Positions 63,601-64,000 of a stretch of 64,000 nt of DNA are shown here, one piece after another. The notes under the pieces were generated by a model that was not told where the DNA came from, made no database searches, and saw only the letters and a program-made list of their open reading frames with translations. Made by a program: the position numbers and the translations under genes. Positions within the stretch are counted from its first letter, which is position 1, and each line of letters opens with the position of its first letter. This DNA comes from Alphaproteobacteria bacterium (GTDB lineage: Bacteria > Pseudomonadota > Alphaproteobacteria > UBA828): the NCBI GenBank assembly GCA_965214705.1, contig OZ243972.1, positions 1,856,001 to 1,920,000 of the forward strand. The letters are read 5' to 3'.

Positions 63601-64000
63601 GTGGGCCCTGAGAGCCTCGGCGACGCTGGCCCTGGGCCACGCGTTCCACGAACCCGGAGCAATGCTCTCCATCGACGCTCACACGCTGTCGACATGGGAT
63701 GTCGGCTTCGAGCGTGGAGAGCGCGGTCGAGGCATATGGTCTAGGATCGCGCTGTCGCAGCCCCTTCGCTCCGAATCGGGCGACGCGACGTTCACTTATC
63801 TTGCCGGGCTTGAGGACGGAGCTCCCGCCTACGATAGCGAGACGCTCTCGCTGGCGCCGGCGGGCCGGGAGCTGGAGCTTGCGCTCACGCATGAGGCGCC
63901 GATCGGTCTGGGACGAGGCGCAATCGAGGCGGCGCACGCGTGGGATGCAGGGCACGAGTCCGGTGAGACCCGCTGGCGAATCGGCGTAGCATATCGGCTG
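60665..64000 (+). CDS. Large secreted S8 subtilase with N-terminal acidic repeat and probable C-terminal beta-barrel; no stop within window (absent from ORF track)
   Basis: One frame from ATG 60665: TGAGVRIAIED, HGTAVASVAAG, AAGND, GTSFAAPVVSG; ends ...WRIGVAYRL. Confidence 0.85.
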   Translation, partial: MKPHAAFRPASRGVPRQRSRLASVLLGTVIPLSLVMSEEFPFHFVPEARASGIGDYDDGILAFSEDEGDEGDEDDGDEGDEGDENDEGDEGDENNEGDEGDEGDENDEGDEGDENNEGDEGDEGDENDEGDEGDEGDENDDGDEGDEHDEGDEGDEGDEGDEGDEGDEHDEGDEGDEHNEGDEGDENDEGDEGDERDDGDEGDEHDEGDEGDENDEGDEGDEGDENDENDEGDEGDENDEGDEGDEGDYRRTLLQTTAEWEQARQQAETAVEESEQALAEAKADLTEAQDTLNATIKSFIASLAGAPPGENDGAASTNWSDVVDAFNNQTALKAEHERKLSELEEAQNRLEHAALVVEQLDNDLEAESDLFAIRNEITDCQTSACSADDFLTTERFTVFQPNVLETVGVHYAYARGLTGAGVRIAIEDDIVNYTLPEFAGRVSFDGAVLTHPITDGDDSSSDARRCEQASENTRASLGCKVISHDSEDDLRETLTVRAAIASNGWPQEGERWFVRNDRYEEGSLARWSEIPHATSQDRHGTAVASVAAGRDFGIAPGATIVPVARRFAHDGQSEEEDVSRVVLDMISEMSSSERAALDSAMADGVLDDYAHYDIINRSYGIGVFDPAEVREVLDDETKWWGDHLRQLLPMTWRAFMQTETHPDDRTVVVYAAGNDSEEFGALEANIPYHEPHVRGHHLSVMAVDHDGSHAAYTNFCGALPSDWDTERWGRHFCLAAPGTVNAAGNVGRGHVFHEIEGTSFAAPVVSGAIALLMEHFRGQLGNSAIVKRVVDTADNSGRYAQLEIYGAGLLDLEAALQPVGTTTTGTPSARAPAMRSAASVPPAVGNLGRRLALQGVEVTSLDSLGAPFWSSPAAYIRPIDNPVSPIPDFSEPEDENGGQLHLGFSPETIAGPADDRGVRLLAGADRVGLERAPVDGFRWGILGDAASWQGGGVSGAFGEGVRSMTAWVGHDARVELDDAWALRASATLALGHAFHEPGAMLSIDAHTLSTWDVGFERGERGRGIWSRIALSQPLRSESGDATFTYLAGLEDGAPAYDSETLSLAPAGRELELALTHEAPIGLGRGAIEAAHAWDAGHESGETRWRIGVAYRL
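60860..61408 (+). repeat. 9-bp coding tandem repeat, ~60 units of D-E-(G/N/H)
   Basis: gacgagggc-type units read in frame as DEGDEGDENDEG... Confidence 0.93.

Overview
GC-rich window made almost entirely of mobile DNA; no housekeeping genes, tRNA/rRNA or CRISPR were seen. The backbone is a MobF conjugation module: a TraD/TrwB coupling protein (T4CP), a TrwC-like relaxase (29155-32232), an NYN protein, a MobC-like gene and a DUF2493-like gene. The T4CP gene is split just before its Walker A motif by a ~27.2 kb integrative element (367-27550) bounded by a 13-bp imperfect direct repeat. That element carries twin tyrosine integrases, its own MobF relaxase, a three-gene RHH-like module and a truncated zorA-like gene. 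Nested inside it are a perfect head-to-tail tandem of an ORF-less group II intron in an IS66 terminal repeat, a full RT-encoding group II intron (both GAGCG...AA ends with an apparent U-A gamma pair), two of the three copies of an integrase + IS91-type element that inserts at TT (the third is at 35494-38161), and IS66/IS110 elements. A second, related relaxase/RHH module lies at ~40.6-50.7 kb. It is followed by cargo and IS debris, then a membrane LuxR gene divergent from a large subtilase with a (DEG)n repeat that runs off the window. Family names come from recognised motifs, not database searches.
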